NCBI GenBank assembly: GCA_041650915.1
Contig: JBAZKE010000001.1
Coordinates: 547,097-611,096 of the forward strand
DNA length: 64,000 nucleotides
Reading direction: 5' to 3'
Origin: Patescibacteria group bacterium
GTDB lineage: Bacteria; Patescibacteriota; Patescibacteriia; UBA10025; JAHIVO01
Both the position numbers and the translations under genes were made by a program. Shown piece by piece: positions 1 through 10,022 of the stretch (position 1 is its first letter; each line of letters starts with the position of its first letter). Below the pieces are notes generated by a model. That model saw only the letters and a list, made by a program, of their open reading frames with translations. It did not search any database and was not told where the DNA came from.

Positions 1-1026
1 CATATATACTGTATCAGCATAGCTTGGAACATTTACGGTTTTGGTCAGATCAAGGAGGTGTACGTTGAAAGGACTGACTGTTTTTGGCCAGCATAAACCG
101 CTGCTGTCGCTGTGAAGTTCTGCGATTGCACCCATCGTTCTGCCAAGGCCGATACCATAGCATCCCATGAGAACCGGTTTCTGAATCCCATCTTCGTCAG
201 TAAATGTTAGATTGAATGAATCTGAAAATTTGGATTTGAGCGGGAAAATATTCCCAACTTCAATTGATTTTTTTTCTATCAAATCACTGTTGCCGCACTG
301 TGGACATTTTTTTTGTTCGTTGATAATCTCATCGTTTACCGCTGTACCGCATAATTGGCACAGATGGATTGTATCTTCTCCGGCCTCTGTAATCGTTTGG
401 AATTCATGTGAGTATTTTGAGAATGAGCCGCCGGATGCAAAAGTGAGATGGGTTTGCCCATCGAGGCCGACTCGTGAAAAGATTGTTCGGTACGCTACTT
501 TCACTTTTTCATAGTACGCCTCAAAATCTTTTTCGTCAGTATGGAAGGAGTAAAGATCCTTCATTAAAAATTCTCTCCCCCTGAGAATGCCGGATTTTGC
601 CCTCAATTCATTACGGAATTTTGTCTGTATCTGGTATAAGTACAGCGGCAGATCCCGGTAGGAATTGATATATTGTTTAGCAAGTGGGACGATGACTTCT
701 TCATGGCTTTGCCCAAGAACTAGCTCTTTGCCGGATGCGGAAAGGAGGTGGAAAAGGATATCTATGCCATCTCGTTTTGTGCGTTTGTAATTTTCAAGAG
801 GGTGTAATGCAGGCATGAAAAGCTCCTGCCCGCCGATGCCGTTGATTTCTTCCCTGATAATGTTTTCAATTTTTTTCAGTACTCTCCAGCCGAGCGGTAA
901 AAACGAGTAGACACCTGCAAAAAGTTTGCTGATGTACCCTGCTTGTTCGAGCAGCTGGGCATTGCGGGATACCTCTCCAGAAGGAGGTTTTCTCAGGGGC
1001 TTAAGGAAGTATTTTGATTGCTTCAT
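1..1026 (-). CDS. proS: Prolyl-tRNA synthetase, compact form (3' end runs off the window)
   Basis: Not in the ORF track; translated manually from ATG at 1026: MKQSKYFLKPLRKPPSGEVSRNAQLLEQAGYISKLFAGVYSFLPLGWRV...QTKFRNELRAKSGILRGREFLMKDLYSFH...EVGNIF...MGCYGIGLGR. Class II motifs 2 and 3 are present, and rseP-proS synteny fits. Confidence 0.95.
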   Translation of the reverse strand, partial: MKQSKYFLKPLRKPPSGEVSRNAQLLEQAGYISKLFAGVYSFLPLGWRVLKKIENIIREEINGIGGQELFMPALHPLENYKRTKRDGIDILFHLLSASGKELVLGQSHEEVIVPLAKQYINSYRDLPLYLYQIQTKFRNELRAKSGILRGREFLMKDLYSFHTDEKDFEAYYEKVKVAYRTIFSRVGLDGQTHLTFASGGSFSKYSHEFQTITEAGEDTIHLCQLCGTAVNDEIINEQKKCPQCGNSDLIEKKSIEVGNIFPLKSKFSDSFNLTFTDEDGIQKPVLMGCYGIGLGRTMGAIAELHSDSSGLCWPKTVSPFNVHLLDLTKTVNVPSYADTVYM

Positions 1027-1053
1027 AATAGCATATAGAGTCAATGGGAACGG

Positions 1054-2217
1054 TCAAAATAACCGCAGAATATCTTTGAAAGTTACCAGTAGAACGATAA
1101 AAATTAGAATTAAAAAACCGATATTATGGATTGCCGCTTCAGTTTTTTGGTTCATGGCTTTACCGCGCAATTTTTCAATGGCAAGGAATAGCACCCTGCC
1201 ACCGTCGAGTGCCGGAAATGGAAGAAAATTGATAATGCCTAAGTTTATAGAAAGCAACGCGATAAACTGGAGGATATATATAAACCCGAGCTTCGCCACT
1301 TGTCCGGTCATTACCGCAATGCCGACCGGGCCGGCGATATCAACACCCGCTTGCTGCGTGATAACTAGATTTTTAATAATCTCGTAAAAAGCAATAATGA
1401 TCTGAACAGTAATCGAAACAGTCGTTTTTGCGCCCATCCAAATTGCTGCATACCAAGGATAGCTGACGTTTCCGACCTCTATCGATCCGATCCCGATTTG
1501 GCCGATGCCTTTGCCCTCTAAATCGGCCGGCGCAATTGAGTACGTAATTTCTTCGCCGCTCCGGCTGACAATGACGGTGATTTCCTCTCCAAGATGTTCG
1601 GCAGTATAGGCAGAAAGCTGGTCAGTGGTAGAAAATGATTTTCCGTCAAGGGAAACGATGGTATCGCCCATTTCTATGCCAGCTGCTTCAGCGGGGCTGT
1701 TTGCGCTTACCTCCAGAACTTGCAGCCGTTCATTGCTGACCGTTGCCGAACCTGAAAGTGAGCTGTCGAGAATGCTGGGAATTCCAATCCAAAAACCGAT
1801 AGAAATTATCACGTAGGCGAGTATAAAGTTCATTCCGACACCCGCCGAAAGAACTACCGCTCGCTTCCAGATTTTTTTGCTCGAGAAGCTGTCTTGCGCA
1901 TTTGGCTGATCGCCCTGCTCACCCTTAATTTTCACGAATCCACCGATGGGAATCCAGTTAAGAGAATAGATTGTCGAACGGTGTTCATCTTCAGGCGTTT
2001 TTCTGCCTTTGATTATTCTCCAAGCGCTGCGCTTACTCGTGCTGTTTCCCGATAACGGCTGGTTCAAGCGCTGTATTCCGACAATGCGGGGCGGAAAACC
2101 GAAACCGAATTCCTCTACTCCCATCTTCATTTTTTTTGCAGCACTAAAGTGCCCAAATTCATGGACAAAGATGGTTAAACCGAGTATAACGAGAAAGAGT
2201 GCGATGGTGAGCAGCAT
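1054..2217 (-). CDS. rseP: RIP metalloprotease RseP (M50 site-2 protease with PDZ domain)
   Basis: HEFGH zinc motif, IPIGGFVKI, a PDZ segment and NFLPFPALDGG. Confidence 0.95.
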   Translation of the reverse strand: MLLTIALFLVILGLTIFVHEFGHFSAAKKMKMGVEEFGFGFPPRIVGIQRLNQPLSGNSTSKRSAWRIIKGRKTPEDEHRSTIYSLNWIPIGGFVKIKGEQGDQPNAQDSFSSKKIWKRAVVLSAGVGMNFILAYVIISIGFWIGIPSILDSSLSGSATVSNERLQVLEVSANSPAEAAGIEMGDTIVSLDGKSFSTTDQLSAYTAEHLGEEITVIVSRSGEEITYSIAPADLEGKGIGQIGIGSIEVGNVSYPWYAAIWMGAKTTVSITVQIIIAFYEIIKNLVITQQAGVDIAGPVGIAVMTGQVAKLGFIYILQFIALLSINLGIINFLPFPALDGGRVLFLAIEKLRGKAMNQKTEAAIHNIGFLILIFIVLLVTFKDILRLF

Positions 2218-2227
2218 AGTGTGTGGG

Positions 2228-2779
2228 CTACAAGGTCATGATCTCCTTCTCTTTTTCTTCGCCAAGTTCTTTTGCTGATGTATTGTATTTATCAACGATT
2301 TTTTGCAGTTCCTTCTGTTGTAAATACATGTCGTCTTCAGAAATTTCACCTTTCGTTTTCTGATCTTTAATCGTACGCCAAATATCTTCACGAATGTTTC
2401 TGATGGTAATGCGCGATTCCTCAGTTTTTTGATTGGCAACTTTTGAGAGCTCTTTCCTGCGGTCTTCCGTCAGTGGCGGTATTGGGAGCCTTAGGAATGT
2501 GCCTTCGTTGACGGGATTAAGGCCAAGCTGCGAATTTTGGATCGCTTTTTCGATTTCTTTCAGCGCGTTTTTATCCCACGGCTGGATCAATATAGACTTG
2601 GCATCGGGAATACTAATAGTTGCCAATTGCTGCATTGGAGTTTTAGTGCCGTAATACTCGACCGGAATTTTTTCGACGAGTGAAGGATTCGCCCGTCCGG
2701 TGCGTATGGTATCGAGCTCATTTTTGAGATGATCAATGGCTTTTTCGAATTGAAGCTTTTTATCCTCGATAATGCTCAT
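2228..2779 (-). CDS. frr: Ribosome recycling factor
   Basis: IRTGRANPSL, YYGTKTP, IQPWD, PPLTEDRRKEL, EKEIMTL. Confidence 0.97.
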   Translation of the reverse strand: MSIIEDKKLQFEKAIDHLKNELDTIRTGRANPSLVEKIPVEYYGTKTPMQQLATISIPDAKSILIQPWDKNALKEIEKAIQNSQLGLNPVNEGTFLRLPIPPLTEDRRKELSKVANQKTEESRITIRNIREDIWRTIKDQKTKGEISEDDMYLQQKELQKIVDKYNTSAKELGEEKEKEIMTL

Positions 2780-2799
2780 AAGATTTTTTAATAATATTT

Positions 2800-3855
2800 T
2801 TATTGGGGTAGCGGAACAGTCCCTAAAAATACGACATTTTCACGGTAGGGATCATTAGCAAGATAATTGATCGTACGAAGGGTTTGCACGGTTTTTAATA
2901 CTTCCCATGTTTTCCCACGATCATCACTTTTCTGGAGAAGATTATTTACGCTAAAAATAATCTCATTATAGTTGTTTGGATTTTGAATTACCGTAGTGAT
3001 TGGAATTTTTTGAAAATCGAATAAGGTTGGCACTACTTCCCAAGTATTCGCACCGTCAAAGCTTCTGACAATCCCCCCTTCGGTTCCTAAGATAATATTT
3101 TCAGTCTGTGGGTCGAAATCGAGCCACCGAATCTTCTGCCCCCTGTCAAAACTTTCAAGGTTTTTCTCTAGGGCAGTCCAGGTTGATCCGCCGTCCGAAG
3201 ATTTTGAAATTCCCTTCGTAGGACCAAGATTCGTAAATGCATAGAGAACATTCCTGTTTTTTGTACTGATGTGGAGTTGCAGTATTTGCGTTGTAGACCA
3301 GTCGAGCAATTCCCAGGTATTTCCATAGTCAAAGCTTTTGATTAACCCGGAGGTGGTTGCAGCGTATACGATATTTGGGCTGAATGGATCGACGAGAATT
3401 GCGACGATGGACTGGCTTGGCCTGGTTTCTTGGTAAATATCTTTCCACGTGATTCCACCGTCAACGCTTTTTCTGATGAAAATTCCTTCAGTAACGTAGA
3501 GCACGTCATTGTTGCGCGAATCAATTGACATGCTGTTGTAGGTACCGCCTGCAAGGCCTGTAGGCGTCCATTGGTTTCCGGCATTCGTTGATTTATAGAT
3601 ACCAGCCCCATAGGTAATAAGATAAACTATATTTTCATCTGCCGGATCAAATCGAATGAAGTTAGTTCCTACGCTGGCGATGGATGCACCTTCGTTATTG
3701 ACGAAAGCTTTTTGTTCCCACGTATCTCCGAAATTATACGATATGAAGACGCCACCATCGGGCGACGACTGCGTGCCTGCGATAGAACATCCGTTCAGTA
3801 CCGTTGCGGCGAGTAAAAGGAAGATGATGAGGCTGATGTTCTGAAAGGTTTTCAT
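2800..3855 (-). CDS. Putative lipoprotein with Asp-box/BNR repeats (VPS10/YCF48-like beta-propeller)
   Basis: Signal peptide with lipobox LNGC and about 7 SxDxGxTW repeats. ATG at 3855 preferred over the track start at 3885. Confidence 0.75.
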   Translation of the reverse strand: MKTFQNISLIIFLLLAATVLNGCSIAGTQSSPDGGVFISYNFGDTWEQKAFVNNEGASIASVGTNFIRFDPADENIVYLITYGAGIYKSTNAGNQWTPTGLAGGTYNSMSIDSRNNDVLYVTEGIFIRKSVDGGITWKDIYQETRPSQSIVAILVDPFSPNIVYAATTSGLIKSFDYGNTWELLDWSTTQILQLHISTKNRNVLYAFTNLGPTKGISKSSDGGSTWTALEKNLESFDRGQKIRWLDFDPQTENIILGTEGGIVRSFDGANTWEVVPTLFDFQKIPITTVIQNPNNYNEIIFSVNNLLQKSDDRGKTWEVLKTVQTLRTINYLANDPYRENVVFLGTVPLPQ

Positions 3856-3859
3856 ACGA

Positions 3860-4864
3860 TTAGATTGTGAGAACAAGGTGCTCAAGAATAATTGTTGGAT
3901 TAACTGACTTTGCGAGCAGGCTTCTTGATTTCGATATTATATCAATTGAACGTACGAGTCGGCTATTAGTAAACATCGCAGCCAATTTCTTGATGGTGTT
4001 ATTTTGTGAGCTATTGACCACCTGGGAAATGCCTGATCGGACCAGGTAAACATCTCGCAGGAGTGAAAGCCAGTCTTTCAGCGTTTCATCAATTTGGTTA
4101 ATGCCTGTTTCTTCTTTTTGCCCGACCAATTTTGAAACGGCCTCAAAACGTCCAATAATGCTGGATTTTAAAACAGTGAGCAAAATATTGATCCTCTCTG
4201 TGCGCTGTTGAACAAAAGAGGTATCAGATAAAGCATTTATTGCTATACCCGGTTTTCCATTCGCGAGCTTTGCGAGAACGCGGGCATCCGTCGTTGGTGT
4301 TCCGCGGGTGATAAGCCAATTTTCTATCTGGTGTGTCGGGAGTACGCTACATTGAAGCTGAAGGCAGCGCGATACGATTGTAGGCGGGATTAAGTTTTTG
4401 TTTTCCGCAATGAGAAAGAAAACAGTTTTCCCTAAAGGTTCCTCCAGCGTCTTGAGCAAGGCATTCGCGGCCTCTTCAGAAAGGTTTTCTGCTCCATTGA
4501 TGATCGCGATTTTATAACTTGCGAGAAAAGAGCGTAAAGAAAGTTTGTGCTGCAAATGGCGGATTTGCTGGATGCTGATGTTTTTTTTGTCAAAATTGCA
4601 TGAAATAATATCTACGTCGGCATGAATATTTTTTTCGATTTGTTCGCAGTTAGGGCATATGCCACAGGGCTTTTTTTGGGACTGTGTGCATAGGATTGAT
4701 TTTGCGGCTGTGAGCGCAATCCGGTACTTGCCGATGTGCTGAGGGCCGAGTAAAAGGTATGCTTGGCCAAGTGTATCCGTTGCGATACACGACTGGAGAT
4801 ATGTTTTAATCGGGCTATGTCCGAGGATTGGCCAGTTAAACAAAGCTTGTGATCGGGTTACCAT
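3860..4864 (-). CDS. holB: DNA polymerase III subunit delta'
   Basis: AYLLLGPQHIGK, CxxxxxxxCxxCxxC zinc module, AANALLKTLEEP, TIVSRC. Start placed at ATG 4864 (track gives 4903). Confidence 0.9.
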   Translation of the reverse strand: MVTRSQALFNWPILGHSPIKTYLQSCIATDTLGQAYLLLGPQHIGKYRIALTAAKSILCTQSQKKPCGICPNCEQIEKNIHADVDIISCNFDKKNISIQQIRHLQHKLSLRSFLASYKIAIINGAENLSEEAANALLKTLEEPLGKTVFFLIAENKNLIPPTIVSRCLQLQCSVLPTHQIENWLITRGTPTTDARVLAKLANGKPGIAINALSDTSFVQQRTERINILLTVLKSSIIGRFEAVSKLVGQKEETGINQIDETLKDWLSLLRDVYLVRSGISQVVNSSQNNTIKKLAAMFTNSRLVRSIDIISKSRSLLAKSVNPTIILEHLVLTI

Positions 4865-4942
4865 TGGTCTGATTCGAGTGCTTATACTGCAAGTATAGTA
4901 CACATCAGAGTACCATAAAAGTCTCTATTTTGCAAGAAGGAT

Positions 4943-4966
4943 TTGTATCCGCGGATAGGGATACAA
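4943..4966 (-). terminator. Hairpin just after the last gene of the glycan cluster; possible terminator
   Basis: Perfect 8-bp inverted repeat TTGTATCC/GGATACAA with an 8-nt loop, 14 nt downstream of the stop at 4981. The U-tail is weak. Confidence 0.4.
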
Positions 4967-4980
4967 GTATTTTTCAAATC

Positions 4981-6177
4981 CTAACGCTTGAGCAAGTGTA
5001 TCATTTGGACCGCACTTTCGTGCCAGGAAAACTCTTTAGAACGTTTGCGCCCCCGTTCTATGAGCGCAGTACGATAGCCATCGTCCGTCAATACACGATT
5101 GATACCGTTGGCGATTGATTGCGGATCGTCCGGATCTACGAGCATCGCCGCATCCCCGGCGACTTCTTTCATTGCTCCCCGGTTCGATGTAATGACAGGG
5201 GTGCCGCACGACATTGATTCAATGATTGGGATACCAAAACCCTCATACCGTGAAGGGAAGATAAACATTTTCGCTCCACACATTAGGAACGGCAGGTCGA
5301 TTTCGTCCACCCAACCGGGTAGAATAACATCGTCGTCGAGCCGTTCCGATAGAATACTTTTTTTAATTGCATCAAACCCATAGCCCGGTTTTCCGGCCAA
5401 AACAAGTTTTACGCTGTCAGAGTTTTGCTGGCGTTTATACAAAGAAAAACCTTTTATGATAGTATCTACGTTTTTTTTGTATTCGATCCGACCGATATAT
5501 AAAATATAAGAGCTGAAAATAGAGTATTTACGTACAATGCAATTTATTCGTGTTTGATCCTCTCGACGATAGTACTGTTTTCCAGGGGCGGGATAAACTA
5601 CATGAATACGGTCGCCTGCGATCGTAAGTTTTTTCTGGATTTCCCTTTTTGAAAATTCAGAAACTGTAGTAATAGCTGACGCTTTTTTTTTGGCAAGGCG
5701 GGCAGACCAGCGATGGTAGTCAAGCTCGGTCGTGCTGTAGCTACCGCACGAAATAATTTTTACCAGTAGCTTGATGAGGGATTTGAGGATTTTATTGTTC
5801 GGTCCGATGGTCTTTGTGGAGTATAAGTGTGCGTATTCTTCAAACCCGACATCGTGCAGCGTGGTCACTGTCTTTTTTGGGCATATGACCGGGATCGTAT
5901 GCGCAGGCACAAAGAGTGCGTCAGGCTTCCTCACGAGCATCTCGAGAGCAAGCCGAAGCTGTGTCCATAGAATTTTCGGTGGCCACGTAAGTACCCTACT
6001 GGAAAAATTTGGGGGTAATTTTGAGAGCTCGCCCTTGAGCTCTTCCTTCGAATATAAAATAAACTGATCACGCGGATCAGCTACTTTTTTTATTTCCTCA
6101 ATAAGATAGAAAGCGTACCACTCCGTACCCGTTTTGCAGTCTACGTTGGCACGTGAAGCGTCAATCCCAATAATCAT
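4981..6177 (-). CDS. Glycosyltransferase family 4 (GT-B)
   Basis: IGIDAS N-terminus, GRIEYKKN, FPSRYEGFGIPIIESMSCGTPV. Confidence 0.92.
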   Translation of the reverse strand: MIIGIDASRANVDCKTGTEWYAFYLIEEIKKVADPRDQFILYSKEELKGELSKLPPNFSSRVLTWPPKILWTQLRLALEMLVRKPDALFVPAHTIPVICPKKTVTTLHDVGFEEYAHLYSTKTIGPNNKILKSLIKLLVKIISCGSYSTTELDYHRWSARLAKKKASAITTVSEFSKREIQKKLTIAGDRIHVVYPAPGKQYYRREDQTRINCIVRKYSIFSSYILYIGRIEYKKNVDTIIKGFSLYKRQQNSDSVKLVLAGKPGYGFDAIKKSILSERLDDDVILPGWVDEIDLPFLMCGAKMFIFPSRYEGFGIPIIESMSCGTPVITSNRGAMKEVAGDAAMLVDPDDPQSIANGINRVLTDDGYRTALIERGRKRSKEFSWHESAVQMIHLLKR

Positions 6178-7184
6178 TATCGTGTGGACAAAATGCTCTT
6201 TTTATACGATTCAAGGTTTTCAAGCGCGATGCCGGTCCCTTTGGCTACACAAAGATGGGCTTCATCAGTAACGTACGCAGGAATCCCAGTTGCCTGTGAG
6301 AGCAGTTTATCCATGTTCCGCAGCAGTGCTGTTCCGCCAGAGAGCACCATTCCTTTATCCATGATATCCGCTGAAAGTTCCGGTGGCGTTTCCTGCAGCA
6401 CAGATTTCACTGCCTGTATGATCCCTGCAAGCTCATCCTGAATCGCTTCGGTGACGTCATCGCTTTCGACGGTTACAGTCCTCGGGAGCCCCTGCACGGA
6501 ATCCCTTCCCCTCACCTCCATGTACAGTTTCTCCTCGAGCGGGAGCGCAGAGCCGACCTGGATTTTTAAATCCTCAGCCGTCCGTTCTCCGATGGCGAGG
6601 TTGTACTTTTTTCTGGTAAATTCTTGGATAGCCGCATCAAATTTGTTTCCTCCTACTCTGACGGAGGCGTTCGCAACAATGCCGCCGAGTGATATTACCG
6701 CGACTTCAGAAGTGCCGCCGCCCATATCGACGATCATATGCCCCGATGCAGACCCGATGGGTATGTTTGCCCCGATCGCCGCTGCGACTGGCTCTTTGAT
6801 AATATAGGCCGCTTTTGCGCCTGCTTGCAGAGTCGCTTCGATGACGGCGCGGCGTTCCGTGGAGGTAATGCCTGCCGGAACCGCAATCATAACCTCCGGC
6901 CGGAAAAAACGCACCCCGCCGAGCGCCTTATTGATAAAATATTTGAGCATTGCCTCGGTGGTTTTGTAATCAGCGATCACGCCATCTTTGAGCGGGCGCG
7001 ACGCAACGATTGTATCGGGCGTCCGGCCGAGCATTTCCTTCGCTTCGTTGCCAACGGCCATGACTTTTTTATCAAGCAAGGATATCGCAACGACTGACGG
7101 TTCATTAATAACAATGCCACGACCGGGTATATAAACAAGCGAGTAGGTTGTGCCCAGATCGACACCCAGCTTTTTTGAAAACAT
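6177..7184 (-). CDS. mreB: Rod shape-determining protein MreB/Mbl
   Basis: GVDLGT, EPSVVA, RPLKDGVIAD, DMGGGTSEVAVISLGG, IGERTAE, LSGGTALL. Confidence 0.96.
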   Translation of the reverse strand: MFSKKLGVDLGTTYSLVYIPGRGIVINEPSVVAISLLDKKVMAVGNEAKEMLGRTPDTIVASRPLKDGVIADYKTTEAMLKYFINKALGGVRFFRPEVMIAVPAGITSTERRAVIEATLQAGAKAAYIIKEPVAAAIGANIPIGSASGHMIVDMGGGTSEVAVISLGGIVANASVRVGGNKFDAAIQEFTRKKYNLAIGERTAEDLKIQVGSALPLEEKLYMEVRGRDSVQGLPRTVTVESDDVTEAIQDELAGIIQAVKSVLQETPPELSADIMDKGMVLSGGTALLRNMDKLLSQATGIPAYVTDEAHLCVAKGTGIALENLESYKKSILSTR

Positions 7185-7193
7185 ATGATGTAG

Positions 7194-9149
7194 TTACAGT
7201 TCAACGGTTACTTCTCTATCCTCGGAAAGCTCTGTTGTGATCAGTATACCATTATCAACGGATATAGTTCCGTTGTCAAGGCCGGTAACCGACTGCGGTT
7301 GTTCATCAAGCTCGAGGTTGATGGTGAGAGGATAGTTAGCTGCGCCGGCTTGTTTTTGGAAGAGAAGGCCGTAGGAGCCATCTGCAATCGCGGCACTGAC
7401 TGTATTTGGCAGTTTATATTTAAACGTGAGGGTCCTCTGCTCATCCGGCTCAACGCAAATAAACGTACCAAAAACGGTCTTGCCGACCTCTTCCCCCTTG
7501 TCGATGCTCCCTTCTTCGTTAATTTTACAATCAACCATTGAACCGTCCGAAGTCAGCAGTTCAGAGCCAAGTGGAACGTATACCCGCACGTACGATCTGT
7601 AGCGGGTCGTTTTCCACGTGATAGATCCGACATTGTGATACGTTATAGCAATATCAGCGATGGTATTATTTCCGTCTCTGCGGACGCGGTAGTCAATTGA
7701 ACGTTCAACCGCAGGATCGGTTTTAAGGCTGGCGAGATTTGCATCGATAATTGCGACGGAATCAATCATCGCTTCCCGTATTGCCCCTCCCCAGTTTTCT
7801 TTTAAAATAAATTCTTGCACATATTGGTCCTTGGAGAAAATAAGAATTTGTTTTTCAGTGACATCTTTTGTAAATACTTTCCAAAGATCCGGCCATTTGC
7901 TCTTCGGCAGGTCGAGTATGCTATCGAGGATTTTTGACGAGAGAACACCGATTATTTCTTTTCTCTCGCTTTCCTCGAGCCCCTGGCGAAGAAAACCCTG
8001 CTCAACCTGGTACTGTAGCGTATCAATGAGGTTTTCTTGCGTAAATGTTAACCCGTTTACGCTGATTTCTCCGGTAAGGGTAAGCAATGATTGGATAAAT
8101 GTGGGCGTGACCGCAATAATACCGTCAATATTTTCCTCTGGGCCGCGTTCCTCATGGTAGAACCACTCCGCCTTTTCCGCAGTTGTGGGAAAATCCGGTG
8201 ACCAGTTAGAATCCCGGAAAAACCATTCAAATACCGCATTGTAGCGCGTCAGCGGCCAGGGAGGTTCAACGCTGAGCCATGCTTCCGCCGGTTTGTCTAT
8301 ATTATATGAATTATCGGTTGTAAATTCCGTGATCTCACCATTTTTAATTTTTAATATGCCGTACGTACCGATGAAGCCGCCGGTCGGACGAAGTTCCGTG
8401 TTGTTTTGGAGGAGGAAGAGGTAGGTTTTTTCATCGGGATAACCCGCGATTGAAGGAATTATCTGGCTCGCTGAGATTGCCTGGTCGATTGCAGACTGAA
8501 TGGATGGTACATTCTCCTTGAGAGGTTCGGCAGCGTCCTGCAGCTTGCCAATAAGTCCGCTGTCAGGGATTTGATTGATTAAAACAACCGCATCATCGAT
8601 CAGTGCTTTTGACGCTTCCAATTCCGGTTTTGCATCATGAATTGATTTCAGGAGCTGTTCAGTCTGCTCCTCGGTCAGCGTACTGAGGCTGATCTCTTCC
8701 TCCTGCTGGAGCGGAATGACGATGCCGATAACGAGATCATTGATTTTTTTAATAGACTCTCCAGTCACGATGCCTGCTTGCAATAGATTATCGAGCGCTG
8801 ATATCTGGGAGCCGATAAGCGGGATAAAGCGGAGCCATTTAAATTTATTAAATTCAGCATCAGCCTGCTGGAAATGACCAACTGCGCTCACGAGGGAATA
8901 GTGTGCCAGCGTGAATTCCTGTGCGAGAAGCTCATCCTGTGCTCTTAAAAAATCATCACGTCCCTGAATGCCATGCTCATATACGAGCGTTGCGGGTTTT
9001 TTATACACAAAAAATAAACTGCTAAAAATGGCAAGTACGGCACCGATAACAACGAGAGCGATTGTTATGTATCGTTTCCTTTTTGATGCTGTTTTTTTCT
9101 GTTTGGTCTTAATCGAAAAAATATTTTTATCGATTTTTTTGATTTTCAT
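7194..9149 (-). CDS. DUF4012 domain membrane-anchored extracellular protein
   Basis: Basic N-terminus, a single TM and a helical stalk; YLFLLQNNTELRPTGGFIG, RDSNWSPDFP and YRSYVRVYVPLGS are typical of DUF4012. Confidence 0.85.
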   Translation of the reverse strand: MKIKKIDKNIFSIKTKQKKTASKRKRYITIALVVIGAVLAIFSSLFFVYKKPATLVYEHGIQGRDDFLRAQDELLAQEFTLAHYSLVSAVGHFQQADAEFNKFKWLRFIPLIGSQISALDNLLQAGIVTGESIKKINDLVIGIVIPLQQEEEISLSTLTEEQTEQLLKSIHDAKPELEASKALIDDAVVLINQIPDSGLIGKLQDAAEPLKENVPSIQSAIDQAISASQIIPSIAGYPDEKTYLFLLQNNTELRPTGGFIGTYGILKIKNGEITEFTTDNSYNIDKPAEAWLSVEPPWPLTRYNAVFEWFFRDSNWSPDFPTTAEKAEWFYHEERGPEENIDGIIAVTPTFIQSLLTLTGEISVNGLTFTQENLIDTLQYQVEQGFLRQGLEESERKEIIGVLSSKILDSILDLPKSKWPDLWKVFTKDVTEKQILIFSKDQYVQEFILKENWGGAIREAMIDSVAIIDANLASLKTDPAVERSIDYRVRRDGNNTIADIAITYHNVGSITWKTTRYRSYVRVYVPLGSELLTSDGSMVDCKINEEGSIDKGEEVGKTVFGTFICVEPDEQRTLTFKYKLPNTVSAAIADGSYGLLFQKQAGAANYPLTINLELDEQPQSVTGLDNGTISVDNGILITTELSEDREVTVEL

Positions 9150-9960
9150 GCGGAAGTTCTTTACCGGAATATTTAAAGCAGTACTTGATCCAAGAAAATA
9201 TATGTACCCTGGTCAGCCTGTTAAATAGTATGCTCCTGATGCCGCCTTTTGAAGCCGATCCGCGGCTATGATAGTGCACGATTTCAATGTCATGAATATA
9301 AAATATTGACCACCCATTTTCCCAAAATCGTCTGCACCAGTCGACATCTTCAAAGTACATAAAAAAACGTTCATCCATGAGCCCGACTTGCTTGATCGCT
9401 TCATTGCGAACGAGCAGACCGGTTCCAATAACCCAATCAACAGGTTTTGTTTCATTGTGGTCCCAGTCGAGCATGAGGTACTCTCTGATTGCTTTTTTTG
9501 CCGTCGGTAATTTGCCGAGAAAACTGCGCCGGTACAGCGGGTACAGCAGTTTTGGAAAAGTGCACGTGGATGCTTGCGTAGTTCCGTTCGGATTGATGAG
9601 TTTGGGGCCAGCCAGTCCTACGTCTTTGTGCATCTCCATGAACCTAAACATGCGTTCGCACGCTTGCCCCTGAACGATCGTCGTGTCCATGTTGAGTATC
9701 AGATAGTATCGGCACTCAATTGATTTTATCCCGATGTTTACGGCCCGAGCATATCCGCGATTCTGTTCGAGCGGTATCAGCCGGATCGACGGGAATGTTT
9801 CCCGTACCATGTCAGAACTCCCGTCGTTTGAGGCATTGTCAACGACAATAACCTTGTAGGTAAGTTTAGTATTTTCGAGGTTCTTAAAAAGCGATTTCAG
9901 GCACTGCCTGAGCAGGCCGCGGGCATTGAAATTTACTACTACGATTGACAGATCGAGCAT
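9127..9960 (-). CDS. Glycosyltransferase family 2 (WbbL/rhamnosyltransferase-like)
   Basis: LSIVVVNFN, VVDNASNDGS, LNMDT, DERFFMYFEDVDWC. ATG at 9960; an alternative TTG at 10026 overlaps the upstream stop. Confidence 0.9.
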   Translation of the reverse strand: MLDLSIVVVNFNARGLLRQCLKSLFKNLENTKLTYKVIVVDNASNDGSSDMVRETFPSIRLIPLEQNRGYARAVNIGIKSIECRYYLILNMDTTIVQGQACERMFRFMEMHKDVGLAGPKLINPNGTTQASTCTFPKLLYPLYRRSFLGKLPTAKKAIREYLMLDWDHNETKPVDWVIGTGLLVRNEAIKQVGLMDERFFMYFEDVDWCRRFWENGWSIFYIHDIEIVHYHSRGSASKGGIRSILFNRLTRVHIFSWIKYCFKYSGKELPHENQKNR

Positions 9961-10022
9961 ATGCCATGGACTATAAAAACGGTACCGAATGGTATCAATT
10001 GTATCAGCAATGCCAGTTTCAA

